64,000 nucleotides of DNA from Candidatus Aegiribacteria sp. (GTDB taxonomy: Bacteria; Fermentibacterota; Fermentibacteria; Fermentibacterales; JCC-6). How positions within the stretch are numbered: position 1 is the stretch's first letter; every line of letters starts with the position of its first letter. Made by a program: the position numbers and the translations under genes. The notes under the pieces were generated by a model. That model made no database searches and was not told the origin of the DNA. It saw only the letters and a program-made list of their open reading frames with translations. Shown here one piece after another: positions 1 through 8,783 of the stretch. The stretch is taken from positions 3,626 to 67,625 of the forward strand of contig JAGLOY010000001.1 in assembly GCA_023138735.1 (NCBI GenBank), given 5' to 3'.

Positions 1-578
1 AATCCGAACAGATAAGAGGCATCGTAAAGATCACGCCCCATGATTCTTCTGCGATTCAGTATGGCATACAGCTTCTGGGCTAGAATCAGTTCAGCGGAGG
101 CTACAGGCACTGGAACTATCACATCCAGTCGGTTCAAGACCTTTACCTGCGGCACATAGTTATACCGCTGTGGTGAAGCGTCAAACTTCAGGGTGAGTAC
201 CTCATCTCTGTGACGTGTGAGTTCCCACTGCTGAAGCGCATCTGTGAACCTGAGTTTTGCAGAGAATGTGCTTCCCCTGCTAAAGGTTACACTGCAATCA
301 ACAGCTTCCAATTTGAATTCATTCACCGCTGTCAGGGCTATTCTCTGAAGATCATCATCGGAAATATCCTTTGAATCAAAGTCAATATCCTCGGAGAACC
401 TCCTGCTTCCATAGAATACTCTCAACGCTGTTCCACCCATGAAAACAAGTCCGCCGCTTCCCTTCGCCCTGAAGATGAACTGAAGCGTTTTGTACTGCAG
501 GTATTCTCTGAGCATTGCTCTCTTGAAGGTATCGGGGATACCGGGAAAAGCATCGCAGACGATCAAACGGTCAAGCAT
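1..578 (-). CDS. abiEii: AbiEii/AbiGii-family nucleotidyltransferase toxin (type IV TA), partial: C-terminal part lies beyond the window start
   Basis: Minus-strand ATG at 576-578; absent from the ORF track because the frame runs off the window. Translation is MLDRLIVCDAFPGIPDTFKRAMLREYLQYKTLQFIF..GGLVFMGGTALRVFYGSRRFSEDIDFD. GGTAL...RFSEDIDFD is the DUF1814/AbiEii NTase signature. The start overlaps the upstream antitoxin stop by 8 nt. Confidence 0.8.
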   Translation of the reverse strand, partial: MLDRLIVCDAFPGIPDTFKRAMLREYLQYKTLQFIFRAKGSGGLVFMGGTALRVFYGSRRFSEDIDFDSKDISDDDLQRIALTAVNEFKLEAVDCSVTFSRGSTFSAKLRFTDALQQWELTRHRDEVLTLKFDASPQRYNYVPQVKVLNRLDVIVPVPVASAELILAQKLYAILNRRRIMGRDLYDASYLFG

Positions 579-1185
579 TTGCAATCACCTCAAGTAATTC
601 TTTTACTTTCCCTGTCAGCCAGGGCTTGTTGAACCTATCTGCCAGTTCGAGGAATTCCATTGAATCCAAGGCGTTGAAGGCCTCTGTATCAAAACGTAGT
701 TCAAGCATATCCGCAGCTGAGCTGATATCTCTCCTGAAGTATAGCATATCAACAACCGCCCTCTCGGGAGAAGCCATAAGAAATCTCTGCTTCCTTCCTA
801 TCTTCGCTTCGTACCCGAAAAAATACTCCGGCTGAATGCTCCTGTATATGAATGTACACAGAGGTGAATTGATGCGTCTTGTCTTTCTTGTGCAGACTGA
901 AGTAACAGAAAGGACTGTCTCCGGAATAAGCCCGTAAAATGAAAGTGCAGATTCCAGAGAAACGAACGATGGTGTGTACAACCTGCCGGCAATTGCGAAT
1001 AGATCGGTTTCCTCAGTGATCTCATCCGGGAGAACATAGTAGCCGGGAGCCACCATAATGATCTTTCCGCTGCGGCTCCACCTTGACAGGGTTTCCTGAC
1101 GAAGACCAGGTATAATGTTTCTTATATCGGCAAGCGAAACAACCGGAAGCTTCTTCGCCAGTTCTGCAAATTCGTTGAGTCTCAA
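571..1185 (-). CDS. abiEi: AbiEi-family antitoxin / transcriptional regulator
   Basis: 204-aa ORF with a TTG start and AAGGGA 9 nt upstream. N-terminal wHTH-like LADIRNIIPGLRQETLSRWSRSGKI, C-terminal AbiEi_4-like region. Translationally coupled to the AbiEii gene. Confidence 0.7.
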   Translation of the reverse strand: MRLNEFAELAKKLPVVSLADIRNIIPGLRQETLSRWSRSGKIIMVAPGYYVLPDEITEETDLFAIAGRLYTPSFVSLESALSFYGLIPETVLSVTSVCTRKTRRINSPLCTFIYRSIQPEYFFGYEAKIGRKQRFLMASPERAVVDMLYFRRDISSAADMLELRFDTEAFNALDSMEFLELADRFNKPWLTGKVKELLEVIANA

Positions 1186-1201
1186 AAGTATATTTCCCTT
1201 C

Positions 1202-1219
1202 TATGACATTTATGTCATA
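1202..1219. promoter_or_regulatory. Palindrome TATGACAT-tt-ATGTCATA just upstream of abiEi; candidate autoregulatory operator
   Basis: 8-bp arms are exact reverse complements, 17 nt upstream of the abiEi start. AbiEi antitoxins are known to bind inverted repeats in their own promoter. Confidence 0.4.
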
Positions 1220-1237
1220 ATATAGAAATACTATTTC

Positions 1238-1276
1238 AAAATAGCAATGAAGAAGGGCACCCTCGAAGGGTGCCCT
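1238..1276 (-). terminator. Rho-independent terminator after the S8 protease gene
   Basis: GGGCACCCT (1255-1263) pairs with AGGGTGCCC (1267-1275). A T-rich tract follows on the minus strand (ttcttcattgctatttt). Confidence 0.55.
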
Positions 1277-1297
1277 CTTCTCAGCAGTAGAATTCTG

Positions 1298-3025
1298 CTA
1301 TTTAACTATAGTCATTCTTTGCGTTACGGTACCGCCGCCGACATTCACCCGTACGAAGTAAATACCGTTTCCAACGCCCTGGGGAACCATCCAGTTGTAG
1401 GCGTGGGTTCCAGCGGCCATCTCTTCCGAACTGATGATCGCGATCCTGCGGCCTGAGACATCGAAGACACCTACATCGACCCTTCCGGGGTTTTCGGTGT
1501 AAATCTCGAAGGAAACAAGATCATGTGCAGGGTTGGGGTTGATCGTGCTGATCAGGATTCCTGCAGGACCAACACCCTCCGGAGTATCTCCAAGGCCAAC
1601 CAGGGAAAGAGCAGCCTGAACCGCAGCGAGAGCATCTATCCTGCCTGCGCCGTAAGTATTCTCCTTACCGGCGGCTCCGAGATCAAGTGCCGTTACTTCG
1701 ATAATACTGTCGATCTGTGCGACTGTGAGGCCAGGATTGGCATCAAGGATAAGTGCTACAACTCCCGCTACAAGCGGCGTAGCCATGGATGTACCGTCCA
1801 TTGTTGTGTATCCACCGCCCCACTGCGTGCTAAGAATATTTACTCCGGGACCGCAGATATCAGGATCGATAAGAGGCTGGGAATCACTGTAATCGTTCCA
1901 GGGAGCTACGCTGCCCCACCAGGTGACGGGTCCGCGGCTTGAAAAACCGGCGATATTGTCACCGCTGTCCGTTGCTCCGACTGTAACCACTGCACTCTGG
2001 CCGCCATGGTAAGTCTGATCGGGATGGAACCACGGAGGAGGACTGTCTCCGCTTGAGAGTATTGTACCGGAACCTGAACCGCTGTTCCCTGCAGCAACAC
2101 TGTGGTACACACCAGCGGTAAGAAGGTTCTCTTCTGCAACTCTGAGTGTTGCGTCTCCGGTTCCGGGGGCTCCAAGTGACATGGTAAGAACTGCGGCGCC
2201 GTTATCAGTACCGAATTCCATGGCCTGTATCCAGGTGGCTTCGCCGCCACTGTAATAATTGATACGGAGAGCCATGCAGGTTGCGCCTGGGGCAACACCT
2301 GTTTCGGTACCCTCTGAGCCGTCACCGAGTACCGTTCCGGAACAGTGTGTTCCGTGACCGTAATCATCCATGGGATCGTCGTCATTATCGTAGAAATCCC
2401 ATCCGTAATGATAACCAGCTGGAGTATCGTGCCACATGTTGTTGTGAAGGTCCATGTGGTTGTAATCGGTACCGGTATCAATGACACCGACAATGACACC
2501 GCTTCCATCGTAACCAAGAGCCCAGACGTCGTCCGCGTTTACCAGGGTAACGTTCCAGGTTATGGCCTTATCGAGTTCCTCCTGTGTAGCTTCCCGTACT
2601 TCGACGGGATAGATAAGCCCTGCTTCAGGGTTGGCTGCCGACTCAATAAGAGTAACATCACTGCGGAATGACATTTCTCTGATAACAGCTGGCGACGCTT
2701 CGCAGTAGACCGCATTAGCAAGCCAGAGCGATAAGATGCCCGAAACATTCTGCGTGGTGTAAAGCCCGAGTTCGCTTATGACCCCTGCCTGGGATACAAA
2801 AGCGATGTTCTTCAGAGCATCAACCACGAATTCCTGTCTCTCACTGCGGTTCATATCAAATGTTACAGCATCGACCCACTCCTTATCAAGGTCCCCCTGG
2901 ACAAGCATGAAAACGGGAATGAGTTCAGTCCCGTTGGATGTCTGCATCAGATCCAGAAGATCCGGGTGGATTGTGCCGGAGAACGCGGCAGCTGCAGTGA
3001 TAAGCAGTATAAGAAAATACTTCAT
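1298..3025 (-). CDS. Secreted subtilisin-like serine protease (peptidase S8) with T9SS-type C-terminal sorting domain
   Basis: Catalytic motifs VIDTG (Asp), HGTHCSGT (His) and GTSMATPLVAG (Ser). N-terminal signal peptide MKYFLILLITAAAAF. C-terminal tail NPNPAHDLVSFEIY..VFDVSGRRI..GIYFVRV..RMTIVK. Confidence 0.9.
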   Translation of the reverse strand: MKYFLILLITAAAAFSGTIHPDLLDLMQTSNGTELIPVFMLVQGDLDKEWVDAVTFDMNRSERQEFVVDALKNIAFVSQAGVISELGLYTTQNVSGILSLWLANAVYCEASPAVIREMSFRSDVTLIESAANPEAGLIYPVEVREATQEELDKAITWNVTLVNADDVWALGYDGSGVIVGVIDTGTDYNHMDLHNNMWHDTPAGYHYGWDFYDNDDDPMDDYGHGTHCSGTVLGDGSEGTETGVAPGATCMALRINYYSGGEATWIQAMEFGTDNGAAVLTMSLGAPGTGDATLRVAEENLLTAGVYHSVAAGNSGSGSGTILSSGDSPPPWFHPDQTYHGGQSAVVTVGATDSGDNIAGFSSRGPVTWWGSVAPWNDYSDSQPLIDPDICGPGVNILSTQWGGGYTTMDGTSMATPLVAGVVALILDANPGLTVAQIDSIIEVTALDLGAAGKENTYGAGRIDALAAVQAALSLVGLGDTPEGVGPAGILISTINPNPAHDLVSFEIYTENPGRVDVGVFDVSGRRIAIISSEEMAAGTHAYNWMVPQGVGNGIYFVRVNVGGGTVTQRMTIVK

Positions 3026-3153
3026 TCTGCTTCCTTTCAGTTAAGAGTATACTTAGATAAATTGGATAATCAACGTAAAGAATAAGGATTTTTCTACCTT
3101 GATGCAATAGCATAGTAGAATAGCATCTACATTTCCGAGTTGTTTACTAGTAA

Positions 3154-5142
3154 TTACTTCTTTTTCTGTTCCTTCTGTTTCCTTGCTAAACTGATCACGG
3201 TTCGCGCTGCAGCGTTTCTTATTTCCCGAGAATCATGCCGGAGAAGCTCTTCAAGATAGGTTTTTGAGAGTGAGTACTTACCTGTAGAAGCCCATCTGAG
3301 CATGGATACTATCCCTTTTCTCGTTAGTTTAAGCCTGTTCTTTGCCGTTCTGTCAACGATCCTCGCGAGATCGTAGCCTCGGGGGGTAACCTCTCTTGAT
3401 TTCATGGTTTCAAGAAGCACTTCAAATTCGTTTGGATCATCGGTTCTTTCAATACTGTCGAGGAGCCATTTAGAAATTTCATCGGAGGCTCTGCAGGGCA
3501 TCCTTCCAAGAAATCTCAGAACCTGTATTCGGTCGCCCCCCCTTCTCAGATCAAGGCCGGTAAATGCAGATTCAAGTTTCTCAATCGACTCTTCGGGCAG
3601 CCCGTGGGGGTCAAACCGGTACAGTTGTCTGATGATGTCGAAACAATCCCCGGATTCAACAGCATTCAGCATCTTTTCAACGCAGATCATCCCTCCGAGT
3701 GTAAGTAGGGTTTTCCAGATAACCTCCTTTTTTACCCCGGGGTTCTCGCTAAGAATATGCGCCACAGCATCTGCCAGGCTCGAATCCCCGAGGAACGCTG
3801 CGCCTTCCAGAGCAGCAGCAAGTTCCTGCCTGCGGTTAAGCCAGAACCTCCCTTCATCTGACCTTTCAAGCTCGAGTCTCAATATCCCGGCAGCCCCCTG
3901 CCAGCCACTTATACCAAGGCCGCGAAGGGCAGCCCTGCAGACCCATGTGCTTCTGTCCCCGGCGGCATCCTTCAGGTAATTACCGGCTTTTTCCCCCAGA
4001 ACGAACGGGAGCGCCATTGTAGCGGCGGTTCTGACATGTACGTTACCGTCTTTCAGAGCAGCTTTCAAAGCTTCAACAGAATCCTGCTCGGCAACGTTTC
4101 CAAGTGCTCTGGCAGCGCTTTTACGAACTTTATAATCCTTTTCTCTGTTCAGAATCTCAATTAGACAGGTTGTCATTTTCGTATCCCCAAGGATACCTGC
4201 GGATTCTATCAATGCCTTTACCTGCAGAATATCAGGGTCCGAATTCCGAAGCCATTCCGTGAAATCATTGTATTCCGGTATCCCATCCCCTCCGCTTAAG
4301 AAACTGGCGACCGTATCCGGAAGAAGCTCACCCTTGAGCCTCTTCTTCTCCAGTCCGGCCCTGCAGGCAAGCTCCTCCACACTGCTGCATCCGGTTCCGT
4401 CAACCACCGACACCGTAAGGTCCATAATGGGATAGAACCTGAATTCCCCGGATCTGTCCAGCGCTTCGATACCACCTGCAACATGATCCCTGCCGCTGTA
4501 GAAACCGCCGGCTCTTCCGTTGAATATTCTGGCAACACGCTTAACGGATTCTTTAAAATCACCGCCGCAGCCAATCGCAACGAAATCGTCACCTCCCACA
4601 TGTCCAACGAAATAAGCAGACAGGTTGAACGTCAGTATTGCAGCCAGGGAACGGAGTACGGCATCCCCTCTGCTGAAACCGTAGTAATCGTTGAATGGTT
4701 TGAATCCAGAAATATCAAAATATGCTGCAAGACCATGATTTTCAAGTACATGAGATCTGAGCCTGGATTCGATTGCCATATTTCCCGGAAGGCCGGAGAG
4801 TGGATTTCTGGTTCTTGCGATTTCAAGGAGCCTTGAAATGCCATGAAGAGTAGCCTGAATTGTTTTCCCCGGAGTTCCTGCGGGTATGAAACCGGCAGCT
4901 CCCGCATTCAGCCACCGCTCCATGTTATCCTCAGTGCCGTATACCAGCCAGGGGATCTCGGGACCTAAGCAGTTTCTGATGGTTTCCACAATTCGTTCAG
5001 TATCCTGTTTCCCGGAAACCAGAATGGCGGAGCAGTTCCCGCGGTCGCAGTTTTTGATATCATCTGAACCCGGAAATGGGGAACTACCATCCCCTATCCA
5101 AACGAATCTACCTGATGACTGCTCTCCCATCCTGCCACACAA
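3154..5142 (-). CDS. Signalling protein: receiver-like N-terminus, GGDEF-like domain with GGDDF motif, C-terminal HEAT/PBS-lyase repeats
   Basis: NPLSGLPGN...YFDISGFKPFNDYYGFSRGD...VGHVGGDDFVAIG is the GGDEF fold. HEAT-like VRKSAARALGNVAEQDSVEALKAALKDGNVHVRTAATMAL and terminal EIRNAAARTVISLA. The start could be the second ATG at 5130. Confidence 0.65.
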   Translation of the reverse strand: MCGRMGEQSSGRFVWIGDGSSPFPGSDDIKNCDRGNCSAILVSGKQDTERIVETIRNCLGPEIPWLVYGTEDNMERWLNAGAAGFIPAGTPGKTIQATLHGISRLLEIARTRNPLSGLPGNMAIESRLRSHVLENHGLAAYFDISGFKPFNDYYGFSRGDAVLRSLAAILTFNLSAYFVGHVGGDDFVAIGCGGDFKESVKRVARIFNGRAGGFYSGRDHVAGGIEALDRSGEFRFYPIMDLTVSVVDGTGCSSVEELACRAGLEKKRLKGELLPDTVASFLSGGDGIPEYNDFTEWLRNSDPDILQVKALIESAGILGDTKMTTCLIEILNREKDYKVRKSAARALGNVAEQDSVEALKAALKDGNVHVRTAATMALPFVLGEKAGNYLKDAAGDRSTWVCRAALRGLGISGWQGAAGILRLELERSDEGRFWLNRRQELAAALEGAAFLGDSSLADAVAHILSENPGVKKEVIWKTLLTLGGMICVEKMLNAVESGDCFDIIRQLYRFDPHGLPEESIEKLESAFTGLDLRRGGDRIQVLRFLGRMPCRASDEISKWLLDSIERTDDPNEFEVLLETMKSREVTPRGYDLARIVDRTAKNRLKLTRKGIVSMLRWASTGKYSLSKTYLEELLRHDSREIRNAAARTVISLARKQKEQKKK

Positions 5143-6100
5143 TCTGTTTATCAGAAGGGACTTTCACTGCAGATGCTGTTCCCGTCTTACCCAATAAAGA
5201 ATCTATAATATCATCCAGAATGGCAATACCCGCCGGCTGACCGGTTCTTCCGAGAACGATCCCTGCGGGAGCGGCTGATTTCCGAAGCATCGTGGTAACA
5301 CTTATAAGGTCGTCCCCTTCTTCAAAATAGGGAATCCCTTCAATTCCATTTCCATCAAGTAAACTGCCGGATTTAAGTAATGAATTGCCATCCGTGTATC
5401 CCCTCAGGGTTTCACTGTCCCTTTCGCATACCAGCACGAAGGGGTAACCGGTATCGATAAGTTTTTCAAATACCGAGTTTCTTGTCTCCCCTATTCGTGT
5501 ATGGGGTATTTCCTTCAGCTTTCTCATTACATTCCCTATCCGGATATCGTTCATCCTGAGGATCCTCTCCGCAATGGGTCCGGTGTCTGATGAGGAATCT
5601 GCAAGAAGTCCGAGTATTTCGCTCTTACTTTCAAATACACGGGAATCAACCCTTCTTCCGACTATCAGTGAGGAGAGAAAATCAGCGATGAGGATAACCG
5701 GGAAAAGCACTGTTCGCAGGAGTAGAAGTGGAAGGGAGAGACTGGAAACCACTGCTTCCCTTGAAACGAGCATCAGATGCTTGGGAATCATCTCAGCGAA
5801 AATGAGCATGAAAAAGGAGAGGAATACGATCAGAACCGGTTCAAGCCACGGCAATTCAGTGCCTTCAGCGAATCTTGAAGTAATAATCGACGCCAGAACA
5901 ATACCGATATTCGTTCCAACCAGTGTTGTAGTGAGATACCTTCTGGGGTGTTCTATGAAACTGAGAGAAAGCCGAGCCCATTTTCTGCCCTCCCGGAGGC
6001 GGCTTAGTGCTCTTATTCTGCTGGCTGACGAGAAAGCTGTTTCTGCACCGCTTGAAAAGGTTGCAAGAATGACTGCAAGGATAAACAGCAGCGACATCAT
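5108..6100 (-). CDS. DUF21/CNNM-family membrane protein with CBS-pair region (TlyC/CorC-like), lacks an obvious CorC_HlyC tail
   Basis: N-terminus MMSLLFILAVILATFSSGAETAFSS is the typical DUF21 start, followed by 4 TM segments. ATGA overlap with the upstream paralogue. Confidence 0.75.
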   Translation of the reverse strand: MMSLLFILAVILATFSSGAETAFSSASRIRALSRLREGRKWARLSLSFIEHPRRYLTTTLVGTNIGIVLASIITSRFAEGTELPWLEPVLIVFLSFFMLIFAEMIPKHLMLVSREAVVSSLSLPLLLLRTVLFPVILIADFLSSLIVGRRVDSRVFESKSEILGLLADSSSDTGPIAERILRMNDIRIGNVMRKLKEIPHTRIGETRNSVFEKLIDTGYPFVLVCERDSETLRGYTDGNSLLKSGSLLDGNGIEGIPYFEEGDDLISVTTMLRKSAAPAGIVLGRTGQPAGIAILDDIIDSLLGKTGTASAVKVPSDKQIVWQDGRAVIR

Positions 6101-7224
6101 CTCATCGGCTCCTCGTCTGTGATTAGCCTGATTTCAAGACGATCTATCCTTGGTCCTTCTTTTGAAGTAATCCTGAAAATGTACCCCGAGATCTCTATTT
6201 TCTCACGTTCCTCGGGTATCCTTCCGGTAACTTCCTGAATCAGTCCGCCGCATGTCTCGGCGTACCTGGCTTCGAATTTCTTTCCCGAGAGTTCAGAAAG
6301 AGTTGATAGTTTCAGCGCGGCAGGCACCAGAAGCCACTCGTCCCTGACGCTTACACCAGGTGGGAGGGTTCCAGGCGGAGCGGCTGAACTGAAAAGGAAA
6401 TAATCAAGGATGTCATGCACCGTTACTATACCTGTCCAGTCACCGTACTCATCGAATACAGCGCCGGCATCTTCATCCGAGCTGCGCAGACCCTTAAGCA
6501 CTGTTTCAAGATGGGCATTTTCCGGGAAGGAAGGCAGATCATGCAGGGTAAGCGGTTCTCCGTCCCCCGTGACGAAATACTCCCTCGAGTCCACATAGCC
6601 AATCACATTCTCCATAGGGCCATCCAATACCGGGAATCTCGTAAACCCTTTGCTTCGCATAACTTCGCTGAAGCGTTCCTCATCCCACCCCATCCTCAGT
6701 ACGGCTACTTCCGATCTTGGCTTCATGACATCGGTACACTGAGATTCATTGAGTGTCAGAAGGTTAAGCGTTGCTCCTCCCTCGGAGCCCAGCAGACCTT
6801 CTGACTGCCCGAGTTCAACGAGGGCAATTATTTCCTCGCGGGATAACCTGCTGCCCGGGCTGTTGATCCCTATTTTTCCGGATATGAACTTCGAGAACTT
6901 CGAAAGAGTTGAAGCAATAGGAGTACACAGCTTCATGAACACCAGAAGAGTGGAAGAACTTCTTGATGCCCATTGTTCCGCGCGGGCGACCGCCAGTGTC
7001 TTGGGTGATATCTCACCGAAGACCAGGAGAAGAAATGTCATGGAACCTACCGCCAGAGCGAGACTGAGACTGCTGTTGTCCGGAAACATTCCCGCGGCAA
7101 TGGATGCAGCAATAGCGGAAGCAGTGATATTGACAACCGTATTCCCGAACAGGATCACGGACAGCAGTTTCTCGGGGCTGGAAAGAAGGAAAAGAACCCT
7201 TCTTCCAGCTTCCGTTCTTCGCAA
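6097..7224 (-). CDS. DUF21-CBS-CorC_HlyC hemolysin/CNNM-family transporter; true start probably upstream at 7326 (see findings)
   Basis: DUF21 TM region, a CBS pair (VMKPRSEVAVL.., GIVTVHDILD) and a CorC_HlyC-like tail (YIFRITSKEGPRIDRLEI). The track ORF begins at TTG 7224, but the conserved SAFFSGSETA segment lies in-frame upstream. Confidence 0.8.
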   Translation of the reverse strand: MRRTEAGRRVLFLLSSPEKLLSVILFGNTVVNITASAIAASIAAGMFPDNSSLSLALAVGSMTFLLLVFGEISPKTLAVARAEQWASRSSSTLLVFMKLCTPIASTLSKFSKFISGKIGINSPGSRLSREEIIALVELGQSEGLLGSEGGATLNLLTLNESQCTDVMKPRSEVAVLRMGWDEERFSEVMRSKGFTRFPVLDGPMENVIGYVDSREYFVTGDGEPLTLHDLPSFPENAHLETVLKGLRSSDEDAGAVFDEYGDWTGIVTVHDILDYFLFSSAAPPGTLPPGVSVRDEWLLVPAALKLSTLSELSGKKFEARYAETCGGLIQEVTGRIPEEREKIEISGYIFRITSKEGPRIDRLEIRLITDEEPMR

Positions 7225-7498
7225 CCTTCTTTTCTGAAGCCGGTCAAGACTGAAACAGGCTGTCTCCGAACCGCTGAAGAATGCGGAAAGCAGAAGAAGA
7301 AGTACCAGGGCTACGTATTTCAGCAGTTACACCTCCCCAGGAGCCTGTCCGACAATGAGACATTGGCATAAAATCCACACAGCTGGCTATAATACTCGCA
7401 TATTTTCGTCAAATACATCCAGTATTCTCCTCAAATCTCCGAGCATTCTATCTCAACTGTGAGAATATTCTGCTCAATGTACATTATCAGACACACTC

Positions 7499-8779
7499 CT
7501 ATTCAATTTCAATATCCAGCATATCCATGCTAAAATCTTCTGTGAAGGTTTTGATGAAGTATCCCTTGCTGGAGTATACCGGCTGAATAACCATCTCAAG
7601 ACTGTAATCACCTCCGGGGACCTGAATACCTCTTGCTGTCATTCCCTCCCACTCCGCGTGGAAAGAACCTGCAGGATGCCTGCCTTCCGCGAGGCGGAAT
7701 ACCGATTCTCCTTCCGAGTTATAGATCATCGCATCAACAAGCGCGTATTCCGTCAGTCTGCCGTCTATCTGAAGACCCCGCCCGGTAGGTTCGATGGAAA
7801 CGTCAATGAAGTCGGCACCCATCCAGAAGTACCTTGCGCCTTCCTCCTCACCTATGAATACCTGCCCGAAGCGTTTCCATATGGCCAAACCTGTAGGAGA
7901 GTAGAATTCCCGGTCTCCGCTGCCTTCAGAACCGAAACTGCAGATATACTCCATACTGTCAGTAAATTTATGCACGCAGCAGGAAATACTGTCCGTTACC
8001 CAGACATTGCCCCAGAAATCGATGGAGGGGTAGTTGAAGAAGGACCCGCCGCAGTCTTCAAGGAAAGCTTGGGCAACGATCTCGCCTTCTGCCAGCTTCA
8101 CTATAGAGGAGGCATCTTCAGTAATCACAACTATGAACTCCTCCTCACTGTGAAACCACCTCTCGTCACTGACAGCATCCACTCCCGTTGGAGAATCTAT
8201 CTCTACTATCTCCGGCAGCGTATCCGCAACTGAACTGTAGATGTAAAGTCTGTCCCCGGCTCGATCCGTCACGTAGATAGTGCCGGTCCCATCCAGAGCT
8301 ACATCCCATGGTTCCTGGAAATCTCCGTGGAGTACTCCCTGCGAAACCAGTCTGGACCCGCTCCTCTTTAGAATAACAACCCTTCTGTTACCGGTATCGG
8401 CGACGAGAACAAAGCCCTCCGGATCGGCTGCAATACCGTGAGGATTCATAAGCTCATCGGGACCTGATCCGTTCCCTCCGTAAAGACCCAGAGTGTACAT
8501 ATTAGCATTGTAGATAATATTGCCGGTGCCTGAATTCACCCCGTATACAGCAAGTTCATCATCGTCACCGGAACCTGTGTCGTCCCAGTCATCAAGCTTG
8601 ACGCATGCAAGTCCCTGGGTGTTATCGAACCTTACCAGCCCTCCCAGAAGCATCGAAAGCTGTTCCGTTCCCGCTCTGTAGATCCCCATACAGTGCCCGA
8701 AAGGCGGATAGACCAGAGTAGTAGAGACCGGAGGATCAACAAAGTAACCTGTAACGATCATCAGTAAAGCAAGTACCAT
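7499..8779 (-). CDS. NHL-repeat beta-propeller protein with FlgD-Ig-like C-terminal region
   Basis: NHL repeats GIAADPEGFVLVADTGNRRVVIL, DVALDGTGTIYVTDRAGDRLYIY and PTGLAIWKRFGQVFIGEE. N-terminal signal anchor. Starts 5 nt after the slt paralogue stop. Confidence 0.7.
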   Translation of the reverse strand: MVLALLMIVTGYFVDPPVSTTLVYPPFGHCMGIYRAGTEQLSMLLGGLVRFDNTQGLACVKLDDWDDTGSGDDDELAVYGVNSGTGNIIYNANMYTLGLYGGNGSGPDELMNPHGIAADPEGFVLVADTGNRRVVILKRSGSRLVSQGVLHGDFQEPWDVALDGTGTIYVTDRAGDRLYIYSSVADTLPEIVEIDSPTGVDAVSDERWFHSEEEFIVVITEDASSIVKLAEGEIVAQAFLEDCGGSFFNYPSIDFWGNVWVTDSISCCVHKFTDSMEYICSFGSEGSGDREFYSPTGLAIWKRFGQVFIGEEEGARYFWMGADFIDVSIEPTGRGLQIDGRLTEYALVDAMIYNSEGESVFRLAEGRHPAGSFHAEWEGMTARGIQVPGGDYSLEMVIQPVYSSKGYFIKTFTEDFSMDMLDIEIE

Positions 8780-8783
8780 ATAT

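Noticed and set aside
1906-2517. Long ORFs on the opposite strand or in alternative frames of confidently assigned genes. Examples: 1906-2517, 3404-3979, 5574-6122, 7658-8233, 11806-12408, 27590-28168, 41109-41792, 44791-45372, 55308-55805 and 58594-59193.
   Set aside because: They are fully embedded in genes with clear family signatures. Their translations are low-complexity or Ser/Arg/Pro-rich with no motifs. They are typical shadow ORFs of moderately GC-rich coding DNA.
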